From Nitrospirota bacterium (GTDB taxonomy: Bacteria > Nitrospirota > UBA9217): a stretch of 64,000 nucleotides of DNA. The first letter of the stretch is position 1. Every line of letters starts with the position of its first letter. Made by a program: the position numbers and the translations under genes. This document shows, piece by piece, positions 9,860 through 20,201 of the stretch. The stretch lies in contig CAWJQQ010000009.1 of NCBI GenBank assembly GCA_963845065.1, positions 1,120,001 through 1,184,000 of the forward strand, given 5' to 3'. Below the pieces are notes generated by a model. It had not been told where the DNA came from. It ran no database searches and was given only the letters and a program-made list of their open reading frames with translations.

Positions 9860-10824
9860 CGATCGGGGACATTGAAAAACAATTATGTGATATCAGTCAT
9901 GAGATAGGCTCGATCGCGGAGTGTAATGGAACATTTACTGTCGGTCTTGCAATGAGCATCGCGGATTATGGCAAGCCGATTAAGGAACTTACTATTGCAG
10001 AGCTTCTGGAGCTGTACAAAAAACGCTCTGACAGCTATCAGAAAATATTTGGTCATCTTGCTTGATCTTAATTTGCAGGGAAGAGGTGTTCCATATGGAT
10101 TATATGAAAATAGTTTCCGGAAAACCAAGCAGGCAAATAGTTTTTGTGCCGGTCCCTGTGTTTTTTGGGACAGTCATGTGGCCAGAGAAACTCATTATCA
10201 TCGATCTTAACTGAGGACGCCTTTATGGGACCTGCTCTTAAGCGAAGAAAGCTGGTAGGCAAATATCATTTAGATATCTTCCTTAAGTTTTTGGCAGGGA
10301 AGATTGATCTCGAGACATTGGGCCGGCTGAGCGCAAAGACCCCCGATTCTCCTGAGCAGTTACCTCTGGGAATTGGCACAGCCACAGAAGAACCGAGGAA
10401 GATTGCATGACGGATGTGGAACGGGAAATAGTTTACACCAAATCGGCATTCCCGAAAACATGCTCTTGCTGCCAAAAAATTCATTCGCAAGAGGATTGGG
10501 CGATGCTCCAGTTTTTGGGCATTCAAAAAGGCACAGATATATCAGGCAAGAGATATGGCCCGGATCTGGATTTGAGGTTATGCAGCTGTGGAACAACAAT
10601 GTCCGTTGATCTGGTTGATTGTTAGCTTCATGGGATAAGGAGACGATCATGGACGAGGAAACGATTCGCATTGAGGATCATAAGCTGGAGGCGTTTGGGG
10701 ATTGTTACAGAATGATGTGCGGACCGAATGATGTTCTTCTCCTGGACCAACGTCGACCGCTTACATTCGAAGCCTTTTTGAAGCGGATTGGCGCCACCAA
10801 GGGAACACACGAAAGGATTTCGGC

Positions 10825-11511
10825 ATGAATGAAGCCGTAGGATACATCCGCGTCTCCACAGATAAAGACAAGCAGGCAAACAGCCTCGCTGCCCAGCCGG
10901 AGACCATAAAGCGATATGCGTTTATGCAGGGGTTGAAGCTGATCGATATCGTCCAGGACGAAGTCTCGGCGTTGAAGGTCCCTTTCTTTGAGCGCGAATC
11001 CGGGATCCGGATACGTGAGATGATTAAAAAGGGGAAGGTGCAGCATGTTATCGGTGCGAAGGTGGATCGTCTCTTCCGTGATGCCCAGGACGGTCTTGCC
11101 ACGGCTGACTTGTTTCTGGCCCAGGGCGTCAACCTCCATGTAATCGATACGGGAGGAGTGATCAATGTCAATGACCCAGCCGGCAGGATGATGTTCACCG
11201 TGTTACTCGCCTTTGCCGAGTTTGAGCCACGGAGGATATCTCAGCGGACCCGGGAGGCCATGGGAGTTATGAAGGCAAATAGGCAGAAGGTCGGCAAGGT
11301 CCCGTATGGATACAAGGATAATGGAGAGGGGATGCTGGTTGAAGTTCCGGAGGAAATGGAGCAGATACGAAGGATACAGAGCAAAGCTCGGGAGGGCATG
11401 AAGCTTAAAGATATTGCTACTGCTCTGAACCATCAAGGCGTTCCTACGAAAGAGGGCGCCCGGTGGCATGCGAGCACGATCAGGAATATTGTTCAAAGGG
11501 AAGAAAAATGA
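10825..11511 (+). CDS. Serine recombinase (resolvase catalytic domain plus recombinase domain)
   Basis: GYIRVST, KVDRLFRD, AFAEFE..ISQRT, VPYGY, IATALN. Confidence 0.92.
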   Translation: MNEAVGYIRVSTDKDKQANSLAAQPETIKRYAFMQGLKLIDIVQDEVSALKVPFFERESGIRIREMIKKGKVQHVIGAKVDRLFRDAQDGLATADLFLAQGVNLHVIDTGGVINVNDPAGRMMFTVLLAFAEFEPRRISQRTREAMGVMKANRQKVGKVPYGYKDNGEGMLVEVPEEMEQIRRIQSKAREGMKLKDIATALNHQGVPTKEGARWHASTIRNIVQREEK

Positions 11512-11676
11512 GACGGACTAACCGTATCATCCGATCGATGGATGGACCAATCAGGGTCCTCAGTTATTTAATGGTAGAACTACGGATTGAACTAAACAAA
11601 ACTGCGAAGGATCTGCAGGAAGAGTTCTCAATCATGAGCACCGGCATTAAGGATCATGGCTCGAAGGAGAGCAAGT

Positions 11677-12075
11677 ATGACGAGCTTTAATAAATTTATC
11701 GGGCTGGGCAATCTCACCCGGGATCCCGAGACCAGATTCACGCCAAAGGGCATAGCGATCTGCAGTTTCGGTATCGCCATGAATCATAAATATAAGCAAG
11801 GCCCCGAGACGAAAGAAGAGGTTTGCTATTTGGATGTAATTGTTTTCGGGAAGTATGCCGAAACCTGCCAGAAGTACCTCGAGAAAGGGCAGGGAATTTT
11901 GGTAGAAGGCAGGATGCGACAACGGCGTTGGGAAACCGATGATGGTCAGACGCGAAATAAGCATGAGCTGATTGCATCGCAAATTCAGTTTATGCCAAAG
12001 AAGGACGGAGGACATGCTTCTTCTCCGGATCCTGGGCCTGAACCACCAATGGATGAAGGGGAAGTGCCTTTTTAG
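11677..12075 (+). CDS. ssb: Single-stranded DNA-binding protein
   Basis: NKFIGLGNLTRDPE, VEGR, acidic C-terminus DEGEVPF. Confidence 0.95.
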   Translation: MTSFNKFIGLGNLTRDPETRFTPKGIAICSFGIAMNHKYKQGPETKEEVCYLDVIVFGKYAETCQKYLEKGQGILVEGRMRQRRWETDDGQTRNKHELIASQIQFMPKKDGGHASSPDPGPEPPMDEGEVPF

Positions 12076-12304
12076 ACAGGAGGAAAAAACGTTGCAGATA
12101 AGAATTCATTTTGGGTGCACGATGCCGAAGCTGCGAGAACAATTAAAAGAGTATGAAATAAATCATCAGGATCTAAGCCATCTGCAATTGGATGCGGATG
12201 CGTTAAGCCGCCTGCATGTCCGGGGGATTTTATCAGATAGCATGATCCACTCAGGGAGACAGAAATTGATGAAAAAATATTGCACGCGGTGACGGGTTGA
12301 TATC

Positions 12305-12622
12305 GTGGCAGATTATGATTGGTACGAAGACTTTTTTAATCGAAAGGTTTTGCCGAGAATCGGCAAAGATGCCGGAGAATGTCGTGGATTCTTTGCTTGG
12401 CTCGATGTTGCTGATAAACAGCGTTATGACGAGATCCACAGGCTGGAACAATTGATCAGCGAGATCCATCTGGCCAAAGGGGAACGGGAACAATATCGTA
12501 AGGCCTGTCGTGATTTTTATAAGACCGTGATGGATGGTCTTGAAAAATGGCGTAAGGCGATGAATGAACCAAAGCCGGTACCGGTTGAACCCAAACAGGA
12601 AAAGATGACATTTCCAAGGTGA
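12305..12622 (+). CDS. Hypothetical phage protein
   Basis: ORF in early operon, coupled to the next gene. Confidence 0.55.
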   Translation: MADYDWYEDFFNRKVLPRIGKDAGECRGFFAWLDVADKQRYDEIHRLEQLISEIHLAKGEREQYRKACRDFYKTVMDGLEKWRKAMNEPKPVPVEPKQEKMTFPR

Positions 12623-13818
12623 GCAAGCGTTGTTTTCAGGACACGGCTAGATATTGGCCACGGTGGAAGATAATGCCCTGGAATAAAGGGTTTGCTATTC
12701 AGGATGAGCGTTATAAAGTCGGCCCTGATTTCATCGCAAGTTGGCGCTGCATTGATTGTAAGTATGTCGGATCAAACTGCAAAAAATATGGATTTGCGAT
12801 TGAATGGAGCACTGGCCCTATCCCCGCGGGTTGCAGATTGAGAAATGTAAAAATTAAGGAGTTAATAAAATATGGAGTATAGCACAGAAAAAGTACAGGC
12901 AAGAGCAAAGGTTATGGTGAACTTAGAAATAACCTGTGACCCTCTATGGGGAAGTGATTTCACCTTGAAGCAGATACAGAATGAGGCTGCACGAAGTGCC
13001 TTGGCAGATTTTGATAATTTGCTCAGAAAGCAAATTCATTTCAAGGGAATCATAAGTTCAAGATACTTGGATATCCTAAGATAAGTGTGGTTATTGTTGA
13101 GGCGCCACAATGAAGAAGTACTCTTGTTGCGGACGATGTGATGCCAAAGAAAAAAAGATTGAGACTGATTTCCCTGGATGTCCTGCATGTCATCGCCTGA
13201 TCGACCTGGATGTCAGCATCTGTCCGCATTGTGGCGTAGGATTTTAAAATCCGTAATGAGGGGAAACCCCATTCAGATTCGCGAAGGGTAGAAATTATCC
13301 TTCTGGTTATTTTGAGAATGGCAATAAAGCATGAGAGGAGGTTGATGAGAATGACGTGGAGTGCAAGAATTACTAAGGTAGATGGAAGTGTACCTGAAGG
13401 CAAGCATAACGCATGCGAGGTTTGTTTGCATGCCCAGAAGAACAAAGCTCTTCCTGAACGGGTTTGGCGTCCATGCAATATTCCAAGCATCGGGAATCAG
13501 CTTGGTGGGTTGCTAACTAGCATCGATGTTGGTGCAGACGGTCACATGGCAGGAGGAAATGCACTGTTACAGTGTCAGGGATTTGAACCGATCCCATCAG
13601 AAAACACGGAAGTGACACATCCATAGAAAGGGGTGATGCCAATGAAGGAGGGGCAGCCTTGGATCAGCTGTCCGTCGGGGGTCTGACCAGCCTTGGAATC
13701 GGTCAAGGGTTTTTAGGTTAGGTGCAAAGCACTCGTTTAAGTAGAGCCCGGGTCCCGTCGATAGCTACCCACTTGCCGGCGGGATCCGGATTGTTTTTAA
13801 AATAGGGAAAAGCATACT

Positions 13819-14448
13819 ATGGATGATGCACAGCAATTCACCTGTGAAACCTTTCACCTGGTGATGCCAATTGAAAAGCAGCCGGAATTCTGCGCGAAGA
13901 GACAGCGCAAAGCATGCGATGGTGATTATTGCGGTATCTGCCCAATCGGGGCACAGGCTGCCAAAAATGCAAGAACGCCGGAGATCAAGAAGATTCCGGA
14001 TAAACATAATGTTGAAATTCATTTTAAAGCGCCAGTCTATGGCACGGACAATTTTCACGAGAAGGTTATTAATAGGGTAATTCAGAATATTAAAGATTCG
14101 AAGGAGGGGGAGATGGCAACAAACAAATCGTGTTCAGAAAAAGATTGCGGGAAGGGATCGGTTAAGGACAGTCTTTGCACAAAACATTATCGCGCCAAAC
14201 ATGGCGTCCTTCCCTACCCAAAAAAGAAGGATGCATTGAAGGCCAGGCCAGGCCAGGCAAAATCTTCATCGGGAAAGAAGCGCCGCGCGAATGGCAATGG
14301 CCACGATCACGAGTGCGAAGGCTGTGAGGCGCTGCAGCTGCAGCTCACTAACTTGAACCGTGCTGAGGCAATCATGGTCGCGGCCGGATTGATACCTGTG
14401 GAAAAGTTTGAACAGGCAAGGAAGATCGCGAGAGAATTAGGAGCATAA
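13819..14448 (+). CDS. Hypothetical Cys-rich phage protein
   Basis: Several CxxC/CxxH clusters. Confidence 0.55.
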   Translation: MDDAQQFTCETFHLVMPIEKQPEFCAKRQRKACDGDYCGICPIGAQAAKNARTPEIKKIPDKHNVEIHFKAPVYGTDNFHEKVINRVIQNIKDSKEGEMATNKSCSEKDCGKGSVKDSLCTKHYRAKHGVLPYPKKKDALKARPGQAKSSSGKKRRANGNGHDHECEGCEALQLQLTNLNRAEAIMVAAGLIPVEKFEQARKIARELGA

Positions 14449-14452
14449 CCGC

Positions 14453-14725
14453 ATGAGCATCAAAAATAAATTAATAGACTTGAATAATCATCTGTTTGCT
14501 CAACTTGAAAGGCTGAGCGATGAGGATATTACTGAAGCCAAATTGGGCGAGGAAATAAATAGAGCGAAAGCAGTATGTAGCATCGCCGCTCAAATTATCG
14601 AGAATGGGCGTCTAGCCCTCGATGCTCAGGTTGCAGTTAACGATGGTCTTATAAAATCCAGCCCGGCAATGCTAGGGGTTACACATGAGTATGAAGAAAC
14701 CGACAAGGTCCGGAAGATACGATAA
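14453..14725 (+). CDS. Conserved phage hypothetical protein preceding HNH nuclease
   Basis: KNKLIDLNNHLFAQLERL...EINRAKA pattern. Confidence 0.7.
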   Translation: MSIKNKLIDLNNHLFAQLERLSDEDITEAKLGEEINRAKAVCSIAAQIIENGRLALDAQVAVNDGLIKSSPAMLGVTHEYEETDKVRKIR

Positions 14726-15497
14726 CAAGCAGCTCGACTTTTTGCGTAAGGCTTACGCATCGATGCCGGTCCGCGATCTCGTGGTTTTGTTCAATAAGAG
14801 GTTTGGATTGAATAAGACTGCTAGTCAAATACGATCGACATTCAAGAACCATCACATCACGTGCGGACGGAAGCATAAAGACAGGTTCATAATACGTCAT
14901 CGGATTTATACGGATGAACAGATACAGTTTCTGAAGGGCAATTGTTCAAACCATAGCCGTAGAGAGATGACGATGTTCTTCAATGAAATTTTCAACACAT
15001 CAAAGACGCTTGGTCAGATTAAGGGAGCCATCAACAACAGGCATATTCAAAGCGGTCGCACAGGATATTTTCCTAAAGGTCACATCCCATTTAATGCCGG
15101 GACCAAAGGCCTGATGAAAAGGAATAGTGGTACTTTTAAAAAGGGGAACATTCCAGGGAACATTACGCCGCTTGGCACTGAAAGGCTTTCGAAGGATGGT
15201 TACATCGAGATAAAAATCAAAGAACGTAATCCTTACACAGGCTGCCAGACCAGGTATAAACTAAAACACATCTATATCTGGGAACAAGCGAATGGTCCGG
15301 TTCCTGAAAGTCATGTTGTTGTTTTCAAGGATGGCGATAAAAGCCACTGTACGCTGGACAATCTTATCCTGATTTCCCGCGCGGAGCTCTTGCGGTTGAA
15401 TCAAAAGGGTTGGCTGGATATCCCGAATGAGTTGAAACTGAGCATTCTTGCTTTGACAAAACTTGAAGTAAAAACTTTTTCTCTTATGAGGAGATGA
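14685..15497 (+). CDS. HNH endonuclease family protein
   Basis: FPKGHIPFN, FKKGNIP, H.YIWE..NGPVP..HVVVFKDGDK.HC.LDNL. Confidence 0.88.
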   Translation: MSMKKPTRSGRYDNKQLDFLRKAYASMPVRDLVVLFNKRFGLNKTASQIRSTFKNHHITCGRKHKDRFIIRHRIYTDEQIQFLKGNCSNHSRREMTMFFNEIFNTSKTLGQIKGAINNRHIQSGRTGYFPKGHIPFNAGTKGLMKRNSGTFKKGNIPGNITPLGTERLSKDGYIEIKIKERNPYTGCQTRYKLKHIYIWEQANGPVPESHVVVFKDGDKSHCTLDNLILISRAELLRLNQKGWLDIPNELKLSILALTKLEVKTFSLMRR

Positions 15498-16039
15498 TAA
15501 TGAAAGCCTCTGATTATCTCAAAATCAAAACGCTCGTGTCGAAGACTCATGCCGATGAAATCAAGTGGGCCAAGAATGTAAAGCTCTGCAGCGATCCGGA
15601 CGTCTTCCTCAAGGAGTATATGTGGGTGGTCGTAAACTCCGGGCTGAAGAACCAAGTGGCGCAGAAGATCTATGCCCGGATCCTCGATGCGATTGCGGAT
15701 AGAAAGCCTATCAAAAACGCATTCCGGCATCCCGGCAAGGCTGCGGCCATTACGCGTGCTATCCGGGAATATGAGGAGTGGTTCAAGGAGTATCAGGCAG
15801 CCGAAGATAAGTTGTTATATCTCGAACAGCTCCCGTGGATCGGCAAGATCACAAAATTCCACTTGGCCAGAAATCTCGGCCTAGATGTTTGCAAACCTGA
15901 TCGGCATTTGGTCAGGATAGCATCAAAATACAACACGACTACGGCCGAGCTTTGCCGGCTGCTCGCAGCGGACACTGGCGACCGCATTGGGCTCGTCGAT
16001 GCCGTCATTTGGCGTGCAGCGAATTTGGGGTTGATCTAA
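15494..16039 (+). CDS. HhH-GPD DNA glycosylase-like protein
   Basis: LEQLPWIGKITKFHLARNLGLDVCKPDRHL (HhH followed by KPD), VDAVIW. Confidence 0.65.
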   Translation: MIMKASDYLKIKTLVSKTHADEIKWAKNVKLCSDPDVFLKEYMWVVVNSGLKNQVAQKIYARILDAIADRKPIKNAFRHPGKAAAITRAIREYEEWFKEYQAAEDKLLYLEQLPWIGKITKFHLARNLGLDVCKPDRHLVRIASKYNTTTAELCRLLAADTGDRIGLVDAVIWRAANLGLI

Positions 16040-16485
16040 TGGACCTTTCTTTCGGTTATACTTGGCCGGCCGCGGTTGCCCTCAGAAAAACAAAGACGCG
16101 ACGGTTCTGGAAACCCATGCATTCAAAGAAGTTCCGCCAGGATATGAGCATATGCGGGATTGATAGAGATCGCCGCGCCGGCGGCATTCAGATATTGCGG
16201 CTCAAGCTCATCAAGACGCCCTACCTACAGCCGATATCGGAAATGCCGGACAGTGATTATGAAGCGGAAGGGTTCGCGTATCTGAACGAGAATAAGCACC
16301 TGGTCCCGACGTGCATGCCTTATGATGTTTCTTGGGAAGGGTTTGAGGCATGGAGGCGCAGCGGTGCGACTCCATATGTGATCGAGTTCAAGATAGAAGA
16401 AGTCTTTCCGATCGCAATTGTCATGTTGGATGAATTGAAAGAATCCGCGCATTACTGGGAATATGTTTCTCCGGGGGAATTATGA
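16039..16485 (+). CDS. ASCH/PUA-like domain protein
   Basis: LSF..T..AV...KTKTRR.W, DYEAEGF, YVIEF. Confidence 0.65.
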   Translation: MDLSFGYTWPAAVALRKTKTRRFWKPMHSKKFRQDMSICGIDRDRRAGGIQILRLKLIKTPYLQPISEMPDSDYEAEGFAYLNENKHLVPTCMPYDVSWEGFEAWRRSGATPYVIEFKIEEVFPIAIVMLDELKESAHYWEYVSPGEL

Positions 16486-16979
16486 CCCTTGTACTTGCCT
16501 TCCTGCAGAATATGTGGGTTAAGGACCCGCAAGGCACGCAGGAATTTTTGGAGAAGCATCCGGAGTTGCGGGAAAGGATGATTCGCACATTTCTTTTCAT
16601 GGGTTGCCTGACCGGCAGAAGAATAAAAAACTGTTTCGCTGATGTCCTCGATCACATAACTTTCGAGGAGGCTAGTCTCGATATTGCCGGAGACTCGAGG
16701 ACCATCTGTTTTCCAAATCACGAGCATATAAGGTTCAGCCTGGAGAAATATCGGCCGAAGGTTGTATTGACGTTCGGGAAAGTGGCAACCGAAGCGGTTC
16801 GCTCTGAGTATCTGATGTGGACACAGTTTGGACGTATTAAAGGACAGCATTTCATCTCTTGCCCTCATCCCGCTGCGCGCCAAATAGATACGGTAACAAA
16901 ACTCAATGTTGCTGCTGCACAGATTAAAAAAATCCAAGCGCGTTCGTTGGCTAGAACCACAGCGGTCTCTTTCTTTTAA
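16482..16979 (+). CDS. Uracil-DNA glycosylase-like fold protein
   Basis: TGRRI, RPKVVLTFGKVA, CPHPAAR motifs. Confidence 0.6.
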   Translation: MTLVLAFLQNMWVKDPQGTQEFLEKHPELRERMIRTFLFMGCLTGRRIKNCFADVLDHITFEEASLDIAGDSRTICFPNHEHIRFSLEKYRPKVVLTFGKVATEAVRSEYLMWTQFGRIKGQHFISCPHPAARQIDTVTKLNVAAAQIKKIQARSLARTTAVSFF

Positions 16980-17012
16980 TCAGATATATTCTATGATGAA
17001 AGCAGGTCTTCG

Positions 17013-17468
17013 ATGAAAGCCTACCAAAATACCTTTACTCCGGCTGCCAGGTCACAGGAAGATATCCGGCGAATCCTGATAAAGTATGGCGCCGATGGGA
17101 TGCAATTCTCCGAGGATCGGAAGAACCGGATGATCACTGTGCGGTTTGCATACACGATCAGCTCAATTGAATATTTTGTATCATTCAAAGTACCCATCCC
17201 AAAGGCTGACGAGATGACACCAACGGGACGTCCACGGAAAGGAAGCCAGATAGCTGAGTTGGAAAAGCAGAATGAGCGAGGGATATGGCGCGCAGTATTC
17301 TGGGCTATCAAGAGCCGGATGGAAGCCGTGGAGTTCGGCATCGAAACATTCCAGGAGGCGTTTCTGTCTCACTTCGAGATTCAAGGAACTGACAAGTCCA
17401 TCGGAGATGTTCTGATTCCACGGTTGGCATCCGGAGGCCTAAAACAATTGATGGATAGCAGGAGATGA
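17013..17468 (+). CDS. Conserved phage hypothetical protein
   Basis: RSQEDIRRIL.KYGA ... WRAVFWAIKSRMEAVEFGI..F.EAFL. Confidence 0.65.
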   Translation: MKAYQNTFTPAARSQEDIRRILIKYGADGMQFSEDRKNRMITVRFAYTISSIEYFVSFKVPIPKADEMTPTGRPRKGSQIAELEKQNERGIWRAVFWAIKSRMEAVEFGIETFQEAFLSHFEIQGTDKSIGDVLIPRLASGGLKQLMDSRR

Positions 17469-17662
17469 GATGAATAAGTTAGTCGTTAAATGCGTTGGTT
17501 GTGGAGTAAAAAAGGACTTTGATCATATCCCTCACGACATGCCATTCTGTGAACACTGCGGATCTCCAATGATAGCGGAAAGAGCAGAAGTTGGAACAAC
17601 TGATAAAAAAAGAAGCCTAATGGTAGAGGACTGTTGGTGTAATTATTCAAAAGGGGAATGGG

Positions 17663-17941
17663 ATGAAAAGGATTGAAGAACAATATGAATCTTATAGAAC
17701 TAAAGTGATTCCGAAGACGGCCTCTGAAGTCCAGATCAACGAAACGCGGATTGCTTTTTATGCAGGCGTGGCCTCGATGTTTGCTATTCTCCAAAAGATA
17801 GGCGATACCTCTATCACTCCGGAACAAGGTGAAAAGATATTAGAGGATATCTCCCAGGAGCTTATTGATTATGGAAAACGGCAAAGGGAACTGGCCGAAA
17901 GCAGGAAAATCCGGGATTCCATCTTTAGGGGGACAAAATGA
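17663..17941 (+). CDS. Hypothetical phage protein
   Basis: Q..ETR.AFYAG motif; overlapping start/stop with neighbours. Confidence 0.6.
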   Translation: MKRIEEQYESYRTKVIPKTASEVQINETRIAFYAGVASMFAILQKIGDTSITPEQGEKILEDISQELIDYGKRQRELAESRKIRDSIFRGTK

Positions 17942-18261
17942 GTAAAACCATTAGATCTTGCCGTATCTGTGGTTGTACTGACGATCACGCTTGTGCAGGA
18001 GGCTGCTTCTGGGTAAGCGAGGATCTCTGCAGCGCCTGTCTCGGAGAAATGTCGGCACCGAGATTTGAATCAGGGTTCACGCTGATTAAGGAAGGCCGTT
18101 GTCCTAAACATGCAACCCAACCCCTGGCATGCTGGGGATGCATGGAAGGTCATGCGACGGAATGCCATTATCCAAAATCATGCTCGGAAGCCCAATGCAG
18201 CCACTATTGGGCCGAGATAAATAACGCTGGCGATTTGATTGGCCAGGATCCGTTTCATTAA
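17938..18261 (+). CDS. Cys-rich zinc-binding phage protein
   Basis: CRICGCTDDHAC.GGC.WV..DLCSAC. Confidence 0.65.
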   Translation: MSKTIRSCRICGCTDDHACAGGCFWVSEDLCSACLGEMSAPRFESGFTLIKEGRCPKHATQPLACWGCMEGHATECHYPKSCSEAQCSHYWAEINNAGDLIGQDPFH

Positions 18262-18284
18262 GATCAAAATTTAAGGAGGTTTCA

Positions 18285-19400
18285 ATGGGGACAAAAGAGG
18301 TGAAGTGCGCTCGATGTATTTTTGAACGTGAAACAGGGTTCCATCTGAATATCACCGACATTTATGTTGATGCTGATGGCCATGAAAGCGAGATGCGCTG
18401 GATCCCACGCTTCAAGGCATGCCGGGCGCTTTCAATCGCGACAGCCGCAGAAACTCCATCCGGCACGATCGGGGACTGGTTTCATCCTGGCAAGATACGC
18501 CCTTCCGGAGTACTGGATACTGATTATGAAACGGTGGTTATGGGTGGTTTCTGGGTGGACATGTGGCTCTGCTCAGCGTTCGATGCGACAAGAAAGACCC
18601 GAGGGATGGACTGCAATGGAGCTACGCCAAATCAGGCCTATATTTCTCAGGGCGGCGTTGCGCCGATGGTTAACAAGACTCTTGCCCATTTCCGCACCTA
18701 CCTGGCAGCTCGTTTCAGCGGTGGTGGTTTTGCCGGCGGCGGAGGATCGGTGGCCTGGAGTGGGAAGGGTGGATTGATCACTGATCAGCATTGGTTTGAA
18801 CTCTGGATATGGACCCTGATTAATCATTGGCATCTGCACGGCAATACGAATGGTTATTATGCCACAGGTAAAGTTCCATCATGGCATAAGGATTCAATTG
18901 AGACAGGATCACAGGATGAATCGTTTGGCACGAATTATGGTTACAGCATTACCGGAGGCGGTCCGCGATCGTGGGATACCCCTATTGGAGATTTTTGCGG
19001 CAATCGATGGGAGTTTGCAGAAGGATTGCGGCTTAACGATAAGGTCATTTTCAGTTCCGGGAAGATCATAAATCCATGGACAAAGGCTGATGATGGTTAT
19101 AAGCACAAGGCGTTCAAGAACACCGGCCTTTCCATCTCTGGCGTTGAATCCGGACAAAGCATCTCATCGTATCGGACAGAAAACGAAATAAAGCTTCATG
19201 GCATACCTAAGAGCACCACAGATGCCGGCAACGGTGATTTTGATGGAGCAGGTTTCTGGTATTGGTCTAATGGTGAATGTATCGCTCTTCGTGGCGGTTC
19301 CTACAACTCCGGGGCTCAGTGCCCTGGCGCGCTCAGCTTGCTCGCCGTTCCCTCGCTCTTCGACGAGGGTGTTTCCGCCCGCGCAGTTCTTGTCCCCTGA
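18285..19400 (+). CDS. DGR target-type protein, C-type lectin/FGE fold, with C-terminal variable region
   Basis: GFWVDMWLCS, DFCGNRWEF, ALRGGSY...VSARAV C-terminus; strong RBS AAGGAGG. Confidence 0.85.
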   Translation: MGTKEVKCARCIFERETGFHLNITDIYVDADGHESEMRWIPRFKACRALSIATAAETPSGTIGDWFHPGKIRPSGVLDTDYETVVMGGFWVDMWLCSAFDATRKTRGMDCNGATPNQAYISQGGVAPMVNKTLAHFRTYLAARFSGGGFAGGGGSVAWSGKGGLITDQHWFELWIWTLINHWHLHGNTNGYYATGKVPSWHKDSIETGSQDESFGTNYGYSITGGGPRSWDTPIGDFCGNRWEFAEGLRLNDKVIFSSGKIINPWTKADDGYKHKAFKNTGLSISGVESGQSISSYRTENEIKLHGIPKSTTDAGNGDFDGAGFWYWSNGECIALRGGSYNSGAQCPGALSLLAVPSLFDEGVSARAVLVP

Positions 19401-19442
19401 GTTCTGGTTCCTGTGTTCTGATGACCGCCCGAGAGGGCGGTC
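19401..19442 (+). promoter_or_regulatory. DGR IMH region and target-recognition hairpin
   Basis: TC-rich GTTCTGGTTCCTGTGTTCTG then perfect stem GACCGCCC-GAGA-GGGCGGTC at 19423-19442. Confidence 0.75.
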
Positions 19443-19457
19443 TCTTAAAGGTGAGAT

Positions 19458-19762
19458 GTGGAACCGTTGCGGATGAAGTTGAACCGCAAAAGCGATATAT
19501 ATCCCGTAGCTCGAGGTATTGATTTTCTCGGATATCGGATATGGTCCAGTCATAGGCTCTTGCGGAAAAGCAGCCTGTTCCGCGCGAGAAGAAGATTCAA
19601 GGTACTTTCTGAACTGTATTCACAAGGCTCGTAACATTGCAGCATGTCAAATCATCAGTGATGTCTTGGCTTGGGCATTGTGGCCATGCTGAGACGAGTG
19701 CTGGTGTGGAAATATGCTTGCAAGAATTGTCTTTGTCGCGTAAAAGGCCCGATCCGGCTTAG
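19458..19762 (+). pseudogene. C-terminal remnant of DGR-type reverse transcriptase (frameshifted; not in ORF track)
   Basis: Manual translation: LRMKLNRKSDIYPVARGIDFLGYRIWSSHRLLRKSS (TAA 19632-19634), then shifted frame VTLQHVKSSVMSWLGHCGHA (TAG 19760-19762). Confidence 0.85.
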
Positions 19763-19797
19763 AGCCGGACGGAAATCTGTATTAATGGAGGATTCAA

Positions 19798-20157
19798 ATG
19801 TCAGAAAGCAACGTTTTGTTGTTAATTGGTATTTTAACAGGGGTTTTGATTGCGTTGGCAAGTCATTGGGTCATTTCTGCGATTAAGAAGGTAGAGGCGA
19901 AAGCACTTGCTGAGGTCAAAAGGGTTGATATTTGGGCCACTGCAGTAGAAACAGTTGTGAAAAAGGCAGTTACAAGCGCGCTTGCAGAAGTGAAAAAGGT
20001 GCAAGAAGGTGCTATCGCAGAGGCGAAAAAGGCAGAAGAAGCGGTCGATGGTGTGGCCCAAAAAGCCGTAAGCGAAACAAAGACTGCGGAAGCTACTCTC
20101 ACTTCGGATACTAAAAAAGCAGAAGTCGCAATTACTGCAGAGACGAAAAAACTGTAA
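19798..20157 (+). CDS. Membrane-anchored Ala/Lys/Glu-repeat protein
   Basis: N-terminal hydrophobic helix, repeated A.AE.KK.E units; RBS GGAGG. Confidence 0.65.
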   Translation: MSESNVLLLIGILTGVLIALASHWVISAIKKVEAKALAEVKRVDIWATAVETVVKKAVTSALAEVKKVQEGAIAEAKKAEEAVDGVAQKAVSETKTAEATLTSDTKKAEVAITAETKKL

Positions 20158-20201
20158 TACCAGAATTATAAACTTTGCTGCGTCAAAGCATTATCAACTG
20201 A

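Noticed and set aside
18285..19762. An active, complete DGR
   Set aside because: No TR or avd was found and the RT lacks its catalytic YxDD core and is frameshifted.
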